From the IMG/VR virus record IMGVR_UViG_3300008007_000039, positions 1 to 35,727 of that record: a stretch of 35,727 bases of DNA. One strand, given 5' to 3'. The notes below the pieces were generated by a model. It ran no database searches. It was given only the letters and a program-made list of their open reading frames with translations, and had not been told where the DNA came from. This DNA is from a virus (taxonomy: Duplodnaviria; Caudoviricetes). The translations under genes and the position numbers were made by a program. This document shows positions 1-10,001 of the stretch, one piece after another. Positions within the stretch are counted from its first letter, which is position 1; each line of letters begins with the position of its first letter.

Positions 1-321
1 TGTGTATTCAAGGCCATCAAAGGTCACTGTCTGTTCTAATGGTGGTTTCTTTTCAAGCTCTTCTTGTCTTGCGATAACAACCACATCGCCAATCTGATAT
101 TGACTAAATACCTTATCCATTGGTCTTTCAGATTTTGATGGATTCGTTAATGCAGCAGAGCATGAATAGGTGTTCTCTGTTGTAATTCTAACGCCTGTCT
201 CTCTGTCTATTGCGCCAGAGATTACTTCAGTCCAAGATAATTCATAGAATGCGTCTGCAAAAAATTCACTGGCTTGAAAGCTTTTAAATAGCTCATTAAA
301 TATCTCATTTGCACCAGCCAT
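1..321 (-). CDS. Putative head-closure / head-tail joining protein (partial, runs off window)
   Basis: Hand-translated open frame MAGANEIFNELFKSFQ...TVTFDGLEYT; its ATG overlaps the TAA of the 321..866 gene (TAATG); position right after the adaptor gene. Confidence 0.55.
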   Translation of the reverse strand, partial: MAGANEIFNELFKSFQASEFFADAFYELSWTEVISGAIDRETGVRITTENTYSCSAALTNPSKSERPMDKVFSQYQIGDVVVIARQEELEKKPPLEQTVTFDGLEYT

Positions 322-866
322 TAACCTCTCCCGACAGTCATTGAGTATTTACCAGTCCCTGATGACACGTATGGCTCAAGAACGAGAGAAACTTCATCTT
401 GAATTATTGAAGGCTTTGCACTTAGCTGTGCATTTGGAGAAAAGTATTCTTGATATCCAAGTCCATCCATGCCCTGCTTTTTAACGCCGGTAACACTATT
501 ATCTGCAACTCGATTTGACTGCAAAACATACCAAGCTTGAAGTGCTGTTGCTTCTGCAATTTCTTTTGGGAAGATAGTGTAATCTGTTATCGATACTCCA
601 CGAGAATCGTACAAATAAAGCCTTGGGAAAAACAAAGAATAAGTTTCGTCGTACAACTCACCATTAAATGATTTGCCGTAGACAAGATCAATCTGCTTGG
701 TTGCAGTAATGACTGCTTTTGCTATTTCTTCATCGGTTATCGTGCCAATGATCTTGTATGGATCAGTAAGCCAAAATACTTTTGTATCTGCCACAGAAAC
801 ATAAGAGTTAGCTGTTGCACCAACATCTGAAATAACATCGAACCCAGTAAAATTTTCTGTAGCCAT
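321..866 (-). CDS. Head-tail adaptor / head completion protein (DnaT-like phage family)
   Basis: N-terminal 'ANSYVSVAD', 'ITATKQID', 'LFFPR', 'PKEIAEATALQA' pattern typical of this siphovirus adaptor family; downstream of capsid genes. Confidence 0.7.
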   Translation of the reverse strand: MATENFTGFDVISDVGATANSYVSVADTKVFWLTDPYKIIGTITDEEIAKAVITATKQIDLVYGKSFNGELYDETYSLFFPRLYLYDSRGVSITDYTIFPKEIAEATALQAWYVLQSNRVADNSVTGVKKQGMDGLGYQEYFSPNAQLSAKPSIIQDEVSLVLEPYVSSGTGKYSMTVGRG

Positions 867-903
867 AAAAAAAGCCTATAAAAGTATAGGCTCTATTATA
901 TCA
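867..903 (-). promoter_or_regulatory. Extended -10 promoter (TGATATAAT, 895-903) followed by a terminator-like hairpin + T-run abutting the ATG at 866
   Basis: Minus strand reads TGATATAAT-AG-AGCCTATA-CTTT-TATAGGCT-TTTTTT-ATG. Confidence 0.6.
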
Positions 904-929
904 TTGATTAAAATTAAGATTTGATGAGA

Positions 930-1253
930 CTACTTTGTACCGGTAATTTTAAGTTTATAATGCGTAGCACCGACAATGCCTGCTGGTGTTACAGTTACTG
1001 TTTTAATAGGCCCAGCAGCACTCGCATAGTCACCTAGAGATGTACTGTCTATTGATCCATTAGTGAAGTCACTATCATCACCTGCACCATCAATTCGACC
1101 AGTCACTGTTAGAGTTCCAGCAGATGGCGTCACTTCTGTGATGTATTGATCAGAGTAATAGGTTGCTGCCGCAGTCCAATTAGAGAACTCCTTATCAACA
1201 CTGATTGTCTGTGCAGATCCAACAACTCCCATCACTGTATATGTTCTTGCCAT
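930..1253 (-). CDS. Small beta-rich virion protein (possible capsid decoration)
   Basis: 107 aa, Thr/Gly/Ser/Ala rich, GAGG RBS, inside the head module. Confidence 0.45.
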   Translation of the reverse strand: MARTYTVMGVVGSAQTISVDKEFSNWTAAATYYSDQYITEVTPSAGTLTVTGRIDGAGDDSDFTNGSIDSTSLGDYASAAGPIKTVTVTPAGIVGATHYKLKITGTK

Positions 1254-1283
1254 GTTCTTGCCTCGAAATTTTATTAGTTTGAA

Positions 1284-3290
1284 TTATATCACATTAGTTG
1301 GTCTTAAAGCGCCATAAGCTGGAACCAATACTTTAGGATCCTCTGGTTCATAACCGTAAGCTGGAGGCAGTGAATTAACAGCTCTCCAAACAATGCTAAT
1401 CATCTGCGTGTTACTCGTTCCTGCTGCGTTGGTAGCCGTTACCGTGATAGTCTCTGTTTCTTCAGTATCGTTAGCAAGCCGTGTTAGTGCACCCGCATTA
1501 CTTAGCGAGTAACTAGCTTGATCAGCGCCTCCAGTTATCGTCCAGCTCGTTGCAGCATCACCGCCTGCGATTGTAAGTGTTCTGCTTAGTGCTTGTCCTA
1601 CTTTTGCGTAGATTGTCTTTGTTGGTGCCAATACAGGCGCTAATTGCGCTCTAGTCGTTACGCTGAATGAATCGCCAGCTACACCACCTGATACAACTCC
1701 ACCAAACGAAGCACTGGCTTGCAGTCTGACGTATATTGTAACACCGTTACCAGCGTTTACACTTGCGCCGAAACCTGATCCTGAGCTTAGCGATACTTCG
1801 GCGGTACCTGTTGCAGTCCAATCGATTGCAGTTGTGATTCCACTTGTAACGAATGATCTAGTCACATAAGCGCTAGGCTCAGCACCTGTTGTGTCAGCTC
1901 CTAAGTCTGGTACATCAGGCGTAACATCGTGATTAACTGTGACTGTTCGCGTTACTTGGTCAGCCGCATTGCCTGCCGCATCACTTACGTTGTAGTATTT
2001 GTAATAAGTCCCTACTGTAGTGTCATCAACCGAACCAGTCACTACGATATTTGCAGTTATATCGCCGTCAACATTATCGCTAGCCGTTGCACCAGCATCG
2101 ACCCAAGTATCACCGGCTGTAATTGTGTCTGTACCGCTAGTTAATGTTATTACTGGCTTGGTTACGTCTGGGCCAGTGTATGCACTTAGATTTAGTGTGT
2201 ATGGATACCAGAAAACACCGCCACCCAATCCTCCAGCATCAAACTTGCCAATAACCAGGTCAACACTAGCGGCATCTGTGTAAAAATACCCATTTTCGAG
2301 AACTTCTGTGCCGCTAACTATTGGGTAGTAAACTAGGTCATTGTGATTTAATGATATGCCACTTATTTCATCATTTAGCGTGCCAGCACCAGTGTCTGGG
2401 AACGTCAATTGGGTTAATGAATAGCCTGTTCTTGATCGTATTATTATATTACCAAAATCAAGCGTTCCTGCGTCGTACTCAACAGTTAGCGTCAAAGGGT
2501 AATTCAAATTAAATAAGTGCGATACGTCGGATAATGCTGTTAAGTCAGTTGGAACAACTAAATTTGGGAGCGTGCCGGTATATGGTACGCTTACACCATT
2601 AATATAAACAACGGGAGTTCCTGTCAATCCATCGCCAGTGTAAATATTTATTGATGTTCCTTCGTTAACATCGGTATCAGCACTTGGACTGCCACCGCCA
2701 ACGACTGACCATATAGGGGTACCAGCACCAGCAAAGCTAGGATTATCACCATCAACAGTTTCGCTGATCGGTGGAGTAGCTGACTCACCGTCGAAACTAA
2801 AAATCATATTATTCGCGGTATTAACGTTGTCAATAAAGCTAAATGCGCTAACAGTCAGTCCACTGAACGTATTGAAGTTTTCACCCAAGTTACCAAAAAG
2901 CGGTACTGTGTGCCAAGTTGCTGCTGATGTTCCTACACCCTGAGATACGCCGTTTATGTACAGAGTAGGTATTGTTGCTGCTGCTAACTTCTCTATCTTG
3001 ATCGTATTTACATCATCAAAAACAACATCAGATAGAAAACTACCCCACGAAACACTAGCAGCCGCTGCATTCTGCATAGTGAATGATGTAGCACCTCTTG
3101 AAAAATAAATCCGATTAGCGCTTGCACCTTGAGCAATTGTGCCCATTAGTCGCTCATTTGATGTATCGCCACTTGGCATGTAAACGCTAAAATTAAGCTC
3201 CCAGTCACCTTGCGAGCTACCGTTTAGGGTGTTGACCAATGCGTTAGCAAAAACAATGCGGCAATTTGTGAGCGTTACTTGATTAGCCAT
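1284..3290 (-). CDS. Large surface-exposed virion protein with Ig-like domains (DUF5011/HYR-like and C-terminal cadherin/He_PIG-like), possible lectin-like N-terminus
   Basis: Segment 'DVTKPVITLTSG...DAGATASDNVDGDITANIVVTGSVD...GTYYKYYNVSDAAGNAADQVTRTVTV' is the classic DUF5011-type Ig motif; C-terminal 'ITVTATNAAGTS'. Confidence 0.7.
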   Translation of the reverse strand: MANQVTLTNCRIVFANALVNTLNGSSQGDWELNFSVYMPSGDTSNERLMGTIAQGASANRIYFSRGATSFTMQNAAAASVSWGSFLSDVVFDDVNTIKIEKLAAATIPTLYINGVSQGVGTSAATWHTVPLFGNLGENFNTFSGLTVSAFSFIDNVNTANNMIFSFDGESATPPISETVDGDNPSFAGAGTPIWSVVGGGSPSADTDVNEGTSINIYTGDGLTGTPVVYINGVSVPYTGTLPNLVVPTDLTALSDVSHLFNLNYPLTLTVEYDAGTLDFGNIIIRSRTGYSLTQLTFPDTGAGTLNDEISGISLNHNDLVYYPIVSGTEVLENGYFYTDAASVDLVIGKFDAGGLGGGVFWYPYTLNLSAYTGPDVTKPVITLTSGTDTITAGDTWVDAGATASDNVDGDITANIVVTGSVDDTTVGTYYKYYNVSDAAGNAADQVTRTVTVNHDVTPDVPDLGADTTGAEPSAYVTRSFVTSGITTAIDWTATGTAEVSLSSGSGFGASVNAGNGVTIYVRLQASASFGGVVSGGVAGDSFSVTTRAQLAPVLAPTKTIYAKVGQALSRTLTIAGGDAATSWTITGGADQASYSLSNAGALTRLANDTEETETITVTATNAAGTSNTQMISIVWRAVNSLPPAYGYEPEDPKVLVPAYGALRPTNVI

Positions 3291-3293
3291 TTA

Positions 3294-5159
3294 TTACACT
3301 CCATACTTAAGTAGGACGCGATCCTCAGCGCCATCATTATTCGGCCCAACTCTATCCAGCAAGAAGTACCAATGTCCGCCAATCGGGTCAAAGCTTGCAC
3401 CAATCATCATGCTATATCCTTCTGGTACATACTCAGCGTCAACAATCTCCATGAATGGCAGATTTAAAACGCCAAAGTCATACGGTTCTATATCCCATGG
3501 ATTTGTCGCAGCTAAAACGTCAGATTTTTTAAACAACCAGTAATAATTATATCGGTCTGATTTAACGAAAGGGGAGTCACCACCGCTCAATGGGTCGCCT
3601 GCGTCATTTGCAATTTTGTATTGCTCACCCCATCGCAAGCCATCATTTTTACCAACGCACATTATCGTATCGGTGCTTGGCAAAAATGCCATCGACCTAA
3701 TAGTTGTTGTCTTGTTATACACAGCATTAGTTATTGTTGCATGATCAACACCCATAATGTGAGTCGCACCAGTAGGATCATATGGGTAATTCATAAATAT
3801 ACCCTGATCAGAAATAGCACCATTTAAACTTGGATTAGCTGTTAAATCAGTTAAATCTAGACCTCGACAACTAGGCCCGATGCTCAGTGACCCATCAATA
3901 GAGTCGTTAGCTGCATAGCCATAGAAGTGTGCACAACCAAACGCCGCTTGATCTTCTGTTGGAATTGAGCCAATCCAACCCGCTGCGGATCTACCACCAG
4001 CCAAATCATACAAGCCATCAATTGAACTTGTTGAAATGCTTGTTTTGTCGTTAATAACAACCGTAGTTTCAGGTCTGTTTAAGTTGTCATACCAGTTGAT
4101 TGCATTAACTATTAATTCTGAATCGGTACCGTTCGAGTAGATCCCAGTTATTCTGTCCAAATACGGAAATCCAACAGCCTCATCTGATCCTAAAAACACG
4201 TTATAAAATGGCTGTGTGTTTGTTGCTACATTAAGCGCACTATGATCTGTAGAGTTAATAAATTCAGGTAATGAAAATTCACCGACCATCAATGCACCAG
4301 CACCTGAGCTAACCTGCGCGCCGGCTACAAAAATGGAATTCCTAGCATTATCATAATGGAAATAACAGTTAGAGTTGTACCTGATAGATCCATCATTAAA
4401 TGTTCCATTTGGTATTCTACAAGCACCAACTAAGGATAACTCTTTAATATTCCATAAGTCAGCACCAAAGGGTCGATCTGCTGCTGGTCTTAGTGAAGAT
4501 GGTGATCGGCCATCATATGTTGGGCTTGTTGATTGCTCTGTAAGTGACACTGATATAGCTGGATCTCCAGCCAAACCATCATCATCAAATTCGACGTAAG
4601 TCTCGTACAGAGTTCCACTATCCCATAAACAGACACGATGTCTTGATCTGCCTCCGCTAGTAAATGTACCTATACCTGTGTCGGCGTAACTTACCGCATT
4701 TCCTGAGTCATCAACGTTTTCATATTGAAGCTGCTGTCCATCTGCAATAGTAACCCCCATTCCAACGAAAACACTAAATACGCTTGCTCCTGTTAGGTCA
4801 GCATTTGCCGCTATTACATCAATAACAGTGGTTCGATCTCGACGGTAGTTTACTGGCACAGAATTGCCATCACCAGAATTGTCAAATATGGTTAGTGATA
4901 CCACATGATTTGGAGATGTAAGTGGTATGGTTACACCTGCGGCGGTAGGAACTATCTCGAAATGATCAGCACCTACATTATTGACGCCGTACCAAGTTTG
5001 AGCCACTGAATATGCGCCGGAAGTCAACTTAATTCCTGCGCCAGCGTTGTTTAGCTCAGATCCAGTTACTGTGTACATATTGTACACGCGACCACCGCCA
5101 ACTATCTCAGTTACAATTGTATCGCCTTTTTTGATCGTAGAATTGATACTTATAGCCAC
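3294..5159 (-). CDS. Large putative virion appendage protein (beta-rich, function unknown)
   Basis: 621 aa ORF, GTG start after GGGG, preceded by TGGTATAAT (5200-5208), tightly coupled to the Ig-domain gene. Confidence 0.5.
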   Translation of the reverse strand: MAISINSTIKKGDTIVTEIVGGGRVYNMYTVTGSELNNAGAGIKLTSGAYSVAQTWYGVNNVGADHFEIVPTAAGVTIPLTSPNHVVSLTIFDNSGDGNSVPVNYRRDRTTVIDVIAANADLTGASVFSVFVGMGVTIADGQQLQYENVDDSGNAVSYADTGIGTFTSGGRSRHRVCLWDSGTLYETYVEFDDDGLAGDPAISVSLTEQSTSPTYDGRSPSSLRPAADRPFGADLWNIKELSLVGACRIPNGTFNDGSIRYNSNCYFHYDNARNSIFVAGAQVSSGAGALMVGEFSLPEFINSTDHSALNVATNTQPFYNVFLGSDEAVGFPYLDRITGIYSNGTDSELIVNAINWYDNLNRPETTVVINDKTSISTSSIDGLYDLAGGRSAAGWIGSIPTEDQAAFGCAHFYGYAANDSIDGSLSIGPSCRGLDLTDLTANPSLNGAISDQGIFMNYPYDPTGATHIMGVDHATITNAVYNKTTTIRSMAFLPSTDTIMCVGKNDGLRWGEQYKIANDAGDPLSGGDSPFVKSDRYNYYWLFKKSDVLAATNPWDIEPYDFGVLNLPFMEIVDAEYVPEGYSMMIGASFDPIGGHWYFLLDRVGPNNDGAEDRVLLKYGV

Positions 5160-5215
5160 GTCATAGCCCCATTGATTTTAGCTGGATTATAATTTGTTAA
5201 TTATACCATGTATGG

Positions 5216-5860
5216 CTATATGTCGCCTATTGGTGTGTCTATGGAAAGCTCGCCCTGATACCAAGTTGCAGTACCTGTTAATGCCGTTGCATTTGATTGG
5301 TCTAAGTTTTGTATTCTGTAAAGATACGTATTTCCTTTCTCAAGTACGCGCTCAATGTCTTGAAGCAATCCAACACCGGTAGCACCAGGAGATGGTTTAT
5401 TACTGTCGTCACCTAATGCGTAATTTGTCGCACCAACTTGAACGCCTTCTGAGATAACATCAGCCTCTTGAATATACTTAATAACGACATCTCCATTCGT
5501 GGTTCCGAAGTCCCTCATATTAAAGTGAGGCAGAACTAGCCCAGCACCAGCAGATAGTGCTGGTGACTTAAATAGAGTACTTGCAATGAGCTGAGACCTG
5601 AACTGAGAGTATATTGATTTTATGAGCACATGATTGCTTGCGCCGACTTCCATTGCTAAATAAGCAGATCCATTTGGCGCTATAGAAGGATTATAAAAGC
5701 CGAGCTGGTATTGGTTCCCTAGCTTGCAATTAAGTTCAATAAAGCTCTGGACTGTCATCGCCTTATTGCCATCAAATAACTGAGTAGGTAATCCAACTTT
5801 AAATCTGTAGTCGTCATACATAGACGATGTAGGTATTCCGGTATGCATTCCTTTAGTCAT
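5216..5860 (-). CDS. Hypothetical protein, probably structural
   Basis: 214 aa ORF in the head module with its own extended -10 promoter. Confidence 0.55.
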   Translation of the reverse strand: MTKGMHTGIPTSSMYDDYRFKVGLPTQLFDGNKAMTVQSFIELNCKLGNQYQLGFYNPSIAPNGSAYLAMEVGASNHVLIKSIYSQFRSQLIASTLFKSPALSAGAGLVLPHFNMRDFGTTNGDVVIKYIQEADVISEGVQVGATNYALGDDSNKPSPGATGVGLLQDIERVLEKGNTYLYRIQNLDQSNATALTGTATWYQGELSIDTPIGDI

Positions 5861-5897
5861 AAAAAATGCCGGTTAGAATCTAACCAGCATTATAACA
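5861..5897 (-). promoter_or_regulatory. Extended -10 promoter (TGTTATAAT, 5889-5897) overlapping a hairpin + T-run abutting the ATG at 5860
   Basis: Minus strand reads TGTTATA-ATGCTGGTTAGA-T-TCTAACCGGCAT-TTTTT-ATG. Confidence 0.6.
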
Positions 5898-5917
5898 TTT
5901 AACTGATATTAAAATTA

Positions 5918-6427
5918 TCAGATTTTTACGAAGTTTTCAAAACCGAATTTTACAATTGCGTCTTCAAAATCACCCTTGAATTTTGGGCCTTTCTTTTTCT
6001 CGTATTCTTTGCCATCAGGTGAGCGATAAATTCCTGGCTCTACATCTGCTGGAGCTGGAATCTCAAAAGCCTTTTGCTCTGCTACCGGAACTGGAATGTC
6101 GGCTTTCGTAAGCTGCTCTGTAAAAACCTTATCCAATTCTGCGTAATCATAAGATGTTGGCTCTGGGTCTACAGCAGTTTCTTCTTTTTTGTCATCTTTT
6201 TTAATGCCATCACGAAAGTATTCGATGTCAATAAACTTTGATTCAGCCCAAGAAGTGACTCGCTCATTAACGCAATCCATAACAACAACATCACAGTTAT
6301 CTTCAAAGCCTGATTTCAATGAGCCGTTGCAAAACAGTACATGATTGCCTTTTTGTGTTTCATTATGCTGGTAGGCAAAATGCTCACCAGTAACCACTCC
6401 TTTGTCGATAAATAATAATTTCTTCAT
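5918..6427 (-). CDS. Hypothetical protein downstream of major capsid gene
   Basis: Start revised to MKKLLF (ATG 6427, GAGG RBS); preceded by TGGTAAAAT (6457-6465). Confidence 0.6.
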   Translation of the reverse strand: MKKLLFIDKGVVTGEHFAYQHNETQKGNHVLFCNGSLKSGFEDNCDVVVMDCVNERVTSWAESKFIDIEYFRDGIKKDDKKEETAVDPEPTSYDYAELDKVFTEQLTKADIPVPVAEQKAFEIPAPADVEPGIYRSPDGKEYEKKKGPKFKGDFEDAIVKFGFENFVKI

Positions 6428-6466
6428 AAATTTTCCTCGCAATTAATTGGAATATAATTTTACCAT

Positions 6467-6492
6467 AAAAAAAGGGAGCTAAATGCTCCCTT
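6467..6492 (-). terminator. Rho-independent terminator after major capsid gene
   Basis: AAGGGAGC-ATTTA-GCTCCCTT followed by a T-run on the minus strand. Confidence 0.8.
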
Positions 6493-6507
6493 GGTTTTTG
6501 AACTTAA

Positions 6508-7485
6508 TTAGGCAACTGCTGAATCAGCAACAACCTGACATGCACCGCACAACTTAGGATCGAATACACGAGTCCAGTTAGCAGCGGTTGCAATAGTAGC
6601 AGCGGTAGGGTTAATACCAGAAGCTGTTTTGTAAGCGTAACCCAACACTTTCAATAAGTAGTTGTATTCGCCGTGGTAACGGTAACCTAAGTTCTCTTTA
6701 CCAGTAACACGATCAATTACGATCTCAGTGTCACCGCGCTGTAAAGTAGAAGCAGCACCTTGCATCAAGCCGAAGATACGGTTTTTCAAGTCACCAGCAC
6801 CAGCATCATACTGAAGCGCTTCAATGTCAGAGACAATGATTGGCTTGCCCATTGCGCCTTGAGTAACACCAGTTACGATCTGAGCGCCAGCTACAGTATC
6901 GATCTGATAGTTATCCATCTTGTCTTCTACCAAGTCATAGAAAGCTTCTGAGTTCATCAAGAACGCAGTGATTTCACGGCCACGGTCGCCAAACATGCGC
7001 ATTGCTTTGGTGAAGTGTTTCACGTTAGTCGTTGCAGCAGCAGCAGATGCATCAACCAAGCCAGTGCCAACTTCAGTTGTACCGATCAAGGCAGCAACAA
7101 CGTGATCCAAGGCTAATTTCAAGTAGTCACCAGCAGCTTGACGACCGATAATGGTAGCCATTTCAGCAACAGATCGACCTCGGCGTTTGAAGTTTTCGTC
7201 AGTTTCAAAAACTGGGCCGATACGCTGAGCTAGGTCAACGCCAACCAATTCTTGAAGCGCCATGCGGTTATCGGAAACGCCCGCATCAGATGTTACGTCG
7301 CGGCGAGCAATCAAGCCAGCAACTCGGTCATAACCAGCTTCTTTAAAGAAAGAGCCGATATAAACCTCAGAACCCATCATGATAGTCATGCCAGATTTTT
7401 CGTTAAACAAATCTACTTCTTGTGCCAAGCCTTCCAGCCAGCCTTGGTAGAATTCTGTTTGATATTCAGGAGACATTAAAGCCAT
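6508..7485 (-). CDS. Major capsid protein (HK97-fold, Gp13-like family)
   Basis: 325 aa, follows scaffold, strongly biased codons, 'FGDRGREITAFLMNSEAFYDL', 'GKPIIVSD', 'NPTAATIATAANW' motifs; own promoter (TGCTATAAT 7560-7568) and terminator. Confidence 0.85.
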   Translation of the reverse strand: MALMSPEYQTEFYQGWLEGLAQEVDLFNEKSGMTIMMGSEVYIGSFFKEAGYDRVAGLIARRDVTSDAGVSDNRMALQELVGVDLAQRIGPVFETDENFKRRGRSVAEMATIIGRQAAGDYLKLALDHVVAALIGTTEVGTGLVDASAAAATTNVKHFTKAMRMFGDRGREITAFLMNSEAFYDLVEDKMDNYQIDTVAGAQIVTGVTQGAMGKPIIVSDIEALQYDAGAGDLKNRIFGLMQGAASTLQRGDTEIVIDRVTGKENLGYRYHGEYNYLLKVLGYAYKTASGINPTAATIATAANWTRVFDPKLCGACQVVADSAVA

Positions 7486-7617
7486 ATTTTGTACCTCTAT
7501 ATAAATTACTAAGCGTGTAGTATTGAAAATTTAGTTGCCTAGCAACTTATAATATGCGTATTATAGCATATTCAAAAACAGTGTTTTTAAGGGGTTTTCA
7601 CTCCTTGTATTTTTATA

Positions 7618-8412
7618 TTATTTTCGTGAACGAGCCAGTAACTCACCGTAGGCTTTTGGGCCTTTCTCACGGATGAACTCTTGCTTCTGAGCATCAGTCC
7701 ATTTCATAGGATCACCACCAGCCGGAGCACCAGCAGAGCCCTGTGAGCCAGAACCAGAACCGCCATTCCAGAACAGACCGTTTGTCACCTTCATCTTATC
7801 GTAATAATCAGAGTAAGAAACTCGCTCACCATTTGTATCAAGGACAGCTTTACCACTAGCATCAAGCGCTAATACCTTTCCTGTTTCTTGATCGATCTCC
7901 ATCTTATTTGCATTCAACGCAAAGAAGTCTTCAAAATAATCGCCTTTGAACGAATCGTCTTTACCAGTTAAGTCACGCAGATATGTTCGCTTCTGCATGG
8001 TGCTTACTTTATCTTGATAGCTTGAAAGCTCCGTCTCATACTGATTAATTCGCTCCTGTGCGGTCTTGAACTGATTTTCAAGCTCAGATGCTTTATTCTT
8101 CCAAGGCTCAATAGCGCCTTCGGTAGCAATCGCTTTTGCTTCTTCTGTTTTACCGTTCAAAACCATGTCAACAAATCGGTCATGCTCTCGCGCAGATTTT
8201 ACCCGCTGCAACTCAGCAATGTCTTTTTCATCAACACCATTAAACCGCTCTTTTTGCTTTGCAAGCTTTCCAAGCAGTTCTGAATTTTTGTTTTTCAGTC
8301 CTTCAATCTCAGTGATTGGGACGTAGTTTTCGTTAATTGTTTCTTCTGCGATTTTTGTTGCTTGAAGCTTTATTGCTTCTTGTACTTCTGGATCGTTAAA
8401 ATCAATAGCCAT
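7618..8412 (-). CDS. Capsid scaffolding protein
   Basis: Coiled-coil 'IEGLKNKNSELLGKL', Gly/Ser-rich C-terminal linker, between portal and capsid; promoter TGGTATAAT 8476-8484. Confidence 0.8.
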   Translation of the reverse strand: MAIDFNDPEVQEAIKLQATKIAEETINENYVPITEIEGLKNKNSELLGKLAKQKERFNGVDEKDIAELQRVKSAREHDRFVDMVLNGKTEEAKAIATEGAIEPWKNKASELENQFKTAQERINQYETELSSYQDKVSTMQKRTYLRDLTGKDDSFKGDYFEDFFALNANKMEIDQETGKVLALDASGKAVLDTNGERVSYSDYYDKMKVTNGLFWNGGSGSGSQGSAGAPAGGDPMKWTDAQKQEFIREKGPKAYGELLARSRK

Positions 8413-8489
8413 TTATTTTTACCTATCTTGTTTACGCCTTGCGTTAGAAGACCTACTCCTAACTCCGAGTTCAGGATTATACCACGAGA

Positions 8490-10001
8490 TTATGCGTCTC
8501 GTGGCTTGTCGCTGATTTGTTCATTGCCAGCGCCTGCCAGCAATCCTTGTGATGTTTGTTGAGCTTTATCGAACTTTGCCTTTTGCGCTTCTTTTGCATC
8601 AAGAAATTCCATTTCTTTTTTAAGTTCTTCTTCTAGTTTTGCAGCATCATCGGCAAGATTGAAGTCTGGAGATAAAAGCTTACGCTGAAGTGCAGCCTCA
8701 ACAATTGCTTTGCGAGATATGTCTTGGTTTCGTCGCATCTCCATAAGAATACGCATCTCTTTATCGCTTTCGAGAGAATTAAACTCAGGAGAAATGTAAC
8801 CTTTAATGTCTTTAGACTTGCCAATGGTATAGCTTTCCATTTGGCGCAGGATATCTTCAACGTGTTGTGATAAAGATACTGCAAAAGATCTTAGTGCTGC
8901 ATTTGTACCTTGAGACTCAATGCTCGTCTGTGTAGCTGTTAACGTGCCAGGCCGTAGGGCATTGCTATCAATAGAGAATGTGCTAATGCGTTGTTGAATA
9001 CCTTCAAGCTGCTTGTTTCCTTCTTGAATTGCACCAGAATCAACTTGTATCCAGCTCAGCTCAGGCGACTTGTCACCAGACTCTGGCATACGTACCATCA
9101 TGTAAGATGCGAGCATCTCGATTTTGAAATCCATTGGTACGTTTTTAGCAGCAAGTATCGGCGTCAGCGCATAAAACATCATGTTCTTTATATCGCTGTA
9201 AACCTGAAAATGTTCGATTGTTAATTCTGCTAATGTCTGATATGGAGACTCGGCAAGAAGTGTGCCTTTCTTATTTGTGTAGAATACTGAGACGGGAACC
9301 TCATCTAGGATTCGCTGACTGCCATTTCGATATCGAGTGATCTCACCTTCTACGGTATTCTTTTCGTCACCATCAATATAGATAGTCCAGTAAGTCGGTG
9401 TTAATTCAAATACAGATCTAACGATTTCTGATCCATGCTCTTCACTATCGGTAATGTAATCGAAGTAAAACTTAAGATAGCTTAGTCTGCCTGTTTTTGG
9501 GTTTGACTTGAACGAAATAACATCGTCAATATCAATCTCTCGTGCATATGGTCGCTTTCCGTCATTGTCGTAGTCAATCATCACCATTGACAACCCTTTA
9601 TACATTGAGGCTTGCAATTGGTTTTGAATTAGCATAGTAAGATTGTTTTCTGCCAAGTCCATATTACCAATCCACGTTCGGAATGGCTCAGGTAGGTCGT
9701 CATTTGTCTTTTCGTCAACGGACACCATGACATTATTTGCAAGGATCTTGCCGCTGTCAGAAGTTACTGTGCGTTTAAAATAGTTGGTAAGAAATGTTCT
9801 CATGACTCGCAGAGCATAAAACTCATTTGGCTCATTTGGGAATCTAGGAAGGTATTCTGTTTCTACTACCTTATCACCAATAATATCACTGACGCCACGC
9901 AAAGCTGGCAGCCCAACAATAAGATCACGAACTATTCTATTACGCGAGTATTGCTTAGCAAAATACTGCGAACGCATTTGAAAGCCACTTGTTTTTAGCA
10001 T
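8490..10001 (-). CDS. Portal protein (DUF4055-like)
   Basis: 503 aa after terL; 'YLPRFPNEPNEFYALR...FLTNYFKRTV', 'LAELTIEHFQVYSD', 'TATQTSIE' motifs typical of this portal family. Confidence 0.85.
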   Translation of the reverse strand: MLKTSGFQMRSQYFAKQYSRNRIVRDLIVGLPALRGVSDIIGDKVVETEYLPRFPNEPNEFYALRVMRTFLTNYFKRTVTSDSGKILANNVMVSVDEKTNDDLPEPFRTWIGNMDLAENNLTMLIQNQLQASMYKGLSMVMIDYDNDGKRPYAREIDIDDVISFKSNPKTGRLSYLKFYFDYITDSEEHGSEIVRSVFELTPTYWTIYIDGDEKNTVEGEITRYRNGSQRILDEVPVSVFYTNKKGTLLAESPYQTLAELTIEHFQVYSDIKNMMFYALTPILAAKNVPMDFKIEMLASYMMVRMPESGDKSPELSWIQVDSGAIQEGNKQLEGIQQRISTFSIDSNALRPGTLTATQTSIESQGTNAALRSFAVSLSQHVEDILRQMESYTIGKSKDIKGYISPEFNSLESDKEMRILMEMRRNQDISRKAIVEAALQRKLLSPDFNLADDAAKLEEELKKEMEFLDAKEAQKAKFDKAQQTSQGLLAGAGNEQISDKPRDA

